In this document: positions 63,357 to 64,000 of the stretch, one piece after another | Layout of the letters: every line of letters starts with the position of its first letter | How positions within the stretch are numbered: position 1 is the stretch's first letter | Source of the DNA: Octopus sinensis | Lineage: Eukaryota | Direction of reading: 5' to 3' | Assembly: GCF_006345805.1 (NCBI RefSeq) | Contig: NC_043013.1 | Span: 45,570,001-45,634,000 of the forward strand | Length of the DNA: 64,000 bases | Program-made: the position numbers and the translations under genes | Notes under the pieces: generated by a model | Databases searched by the model: none | Told to the model about the DNA's origin: nothing | What the model saw: only the letters and a program-made list of their open reading frames with translations

Positions 63357-63761
63357 CACTTTTACTTGTTTCATGCATTTGACTGCGGCCATGCTGGAGC
63401 ACAGCCTTTAGTTGAGCAAATCGACCCTGGGACTTATTCTTTGTAAGCCCAGTACTTATTCTATCGGTCTCTTTTGCCGAACCGCTAAGTGACGGGGACG
63501 TAAACACACCAGCATCGGTTGTCAAGCAATGCTAGGGGGACAAACACAGACACACAAACACACACATACATATATATATATGTATATATACATATATACG
63601 ATGGGCTTCTTTCAGTTTCCGTCTACCAAATCCACTCACAAGGCTTTGGTCGGGCCGGGGCTATAGCAGAAGACACTTGCCCAAGATGCCACGCAGTGGG
63701 ACTGAACCCGGAACCATGTGGTTGGTTAGCAAGCTACTTACCACACAGCCACTCCTGCGCC
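63357..63761 (-). mobile_element. SINE family A
   Basis: Full-length homology. Confidence 0.9.
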
Positions 63762-63981
63762 TATGTATACCATTTGAGTACAAAATACTAAGATGAGAAT
63801 TTAGATGGGTGTTTATATTTTTACTTGTTCAATTTAACTTTCATCTACGCAAACAGCACAAAGCACAATGCTTTGGTTTCTATTTGAACTGTTATTTTTT
63901 CCACATTCTAAATATGAAGTAACTTACTGTTGAGTATTCAGCATTAAGCATTTTAATTATGAATATTATTGGTGCCTTTAA

Positions 63982-64000
63982 CCCTTTAGCATTTAAACCG
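63982..64000. mobile_element. MITE-1 start, truncated by the window edge
   Basis: ttaa-ccctttagcatttaaaccg. Confidence 0.8.

Overview
AT-rich eukaryotic DNA, not prokaryotic. The repeat families look like those of coleoid cephalopods, most likely Octopus (inferred from recalled repeat sequences, not from a search). I could not identify a host gene with confidence; the window reads as a large intron or intergenic tract with a few short candidate exons. Much of it is transposon-derived. It contains about 20 copies of a ~430-bp tRNA/CORE-like SINE (family A), about 14 copies of a ~200-bp tRNA SINE (family B), about 17 copies of an RTE-LINE 3' end with a (GAT)n tail (family C), and about 13 copies of a TTAA/CCC-ended MITE plus 3 copies of a second one. 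It also has decayed RTE, R4/Dong-like, Tx1-like and Penelope-like ORF remnants, two Helitron-type elements, hAT and GG-ended MITEs, and long microsatellites. Nearly all listed ORFs are repeat or microsatellite artefacts. The most notable structures are: (1) a head-to-head palindrome of a tRNA-headed element whose tail carries a Penelope-type minimal hammerhead ribozyme motif (58126-58565); (2) an internally deleted piggyBac whose termini match the dominant MITE family (51891-53824); (3) a 79-bp near-perfect inverted local copy sitting at the deletion junction of an RTE LINE (26967-27045 vs 28792-28870).
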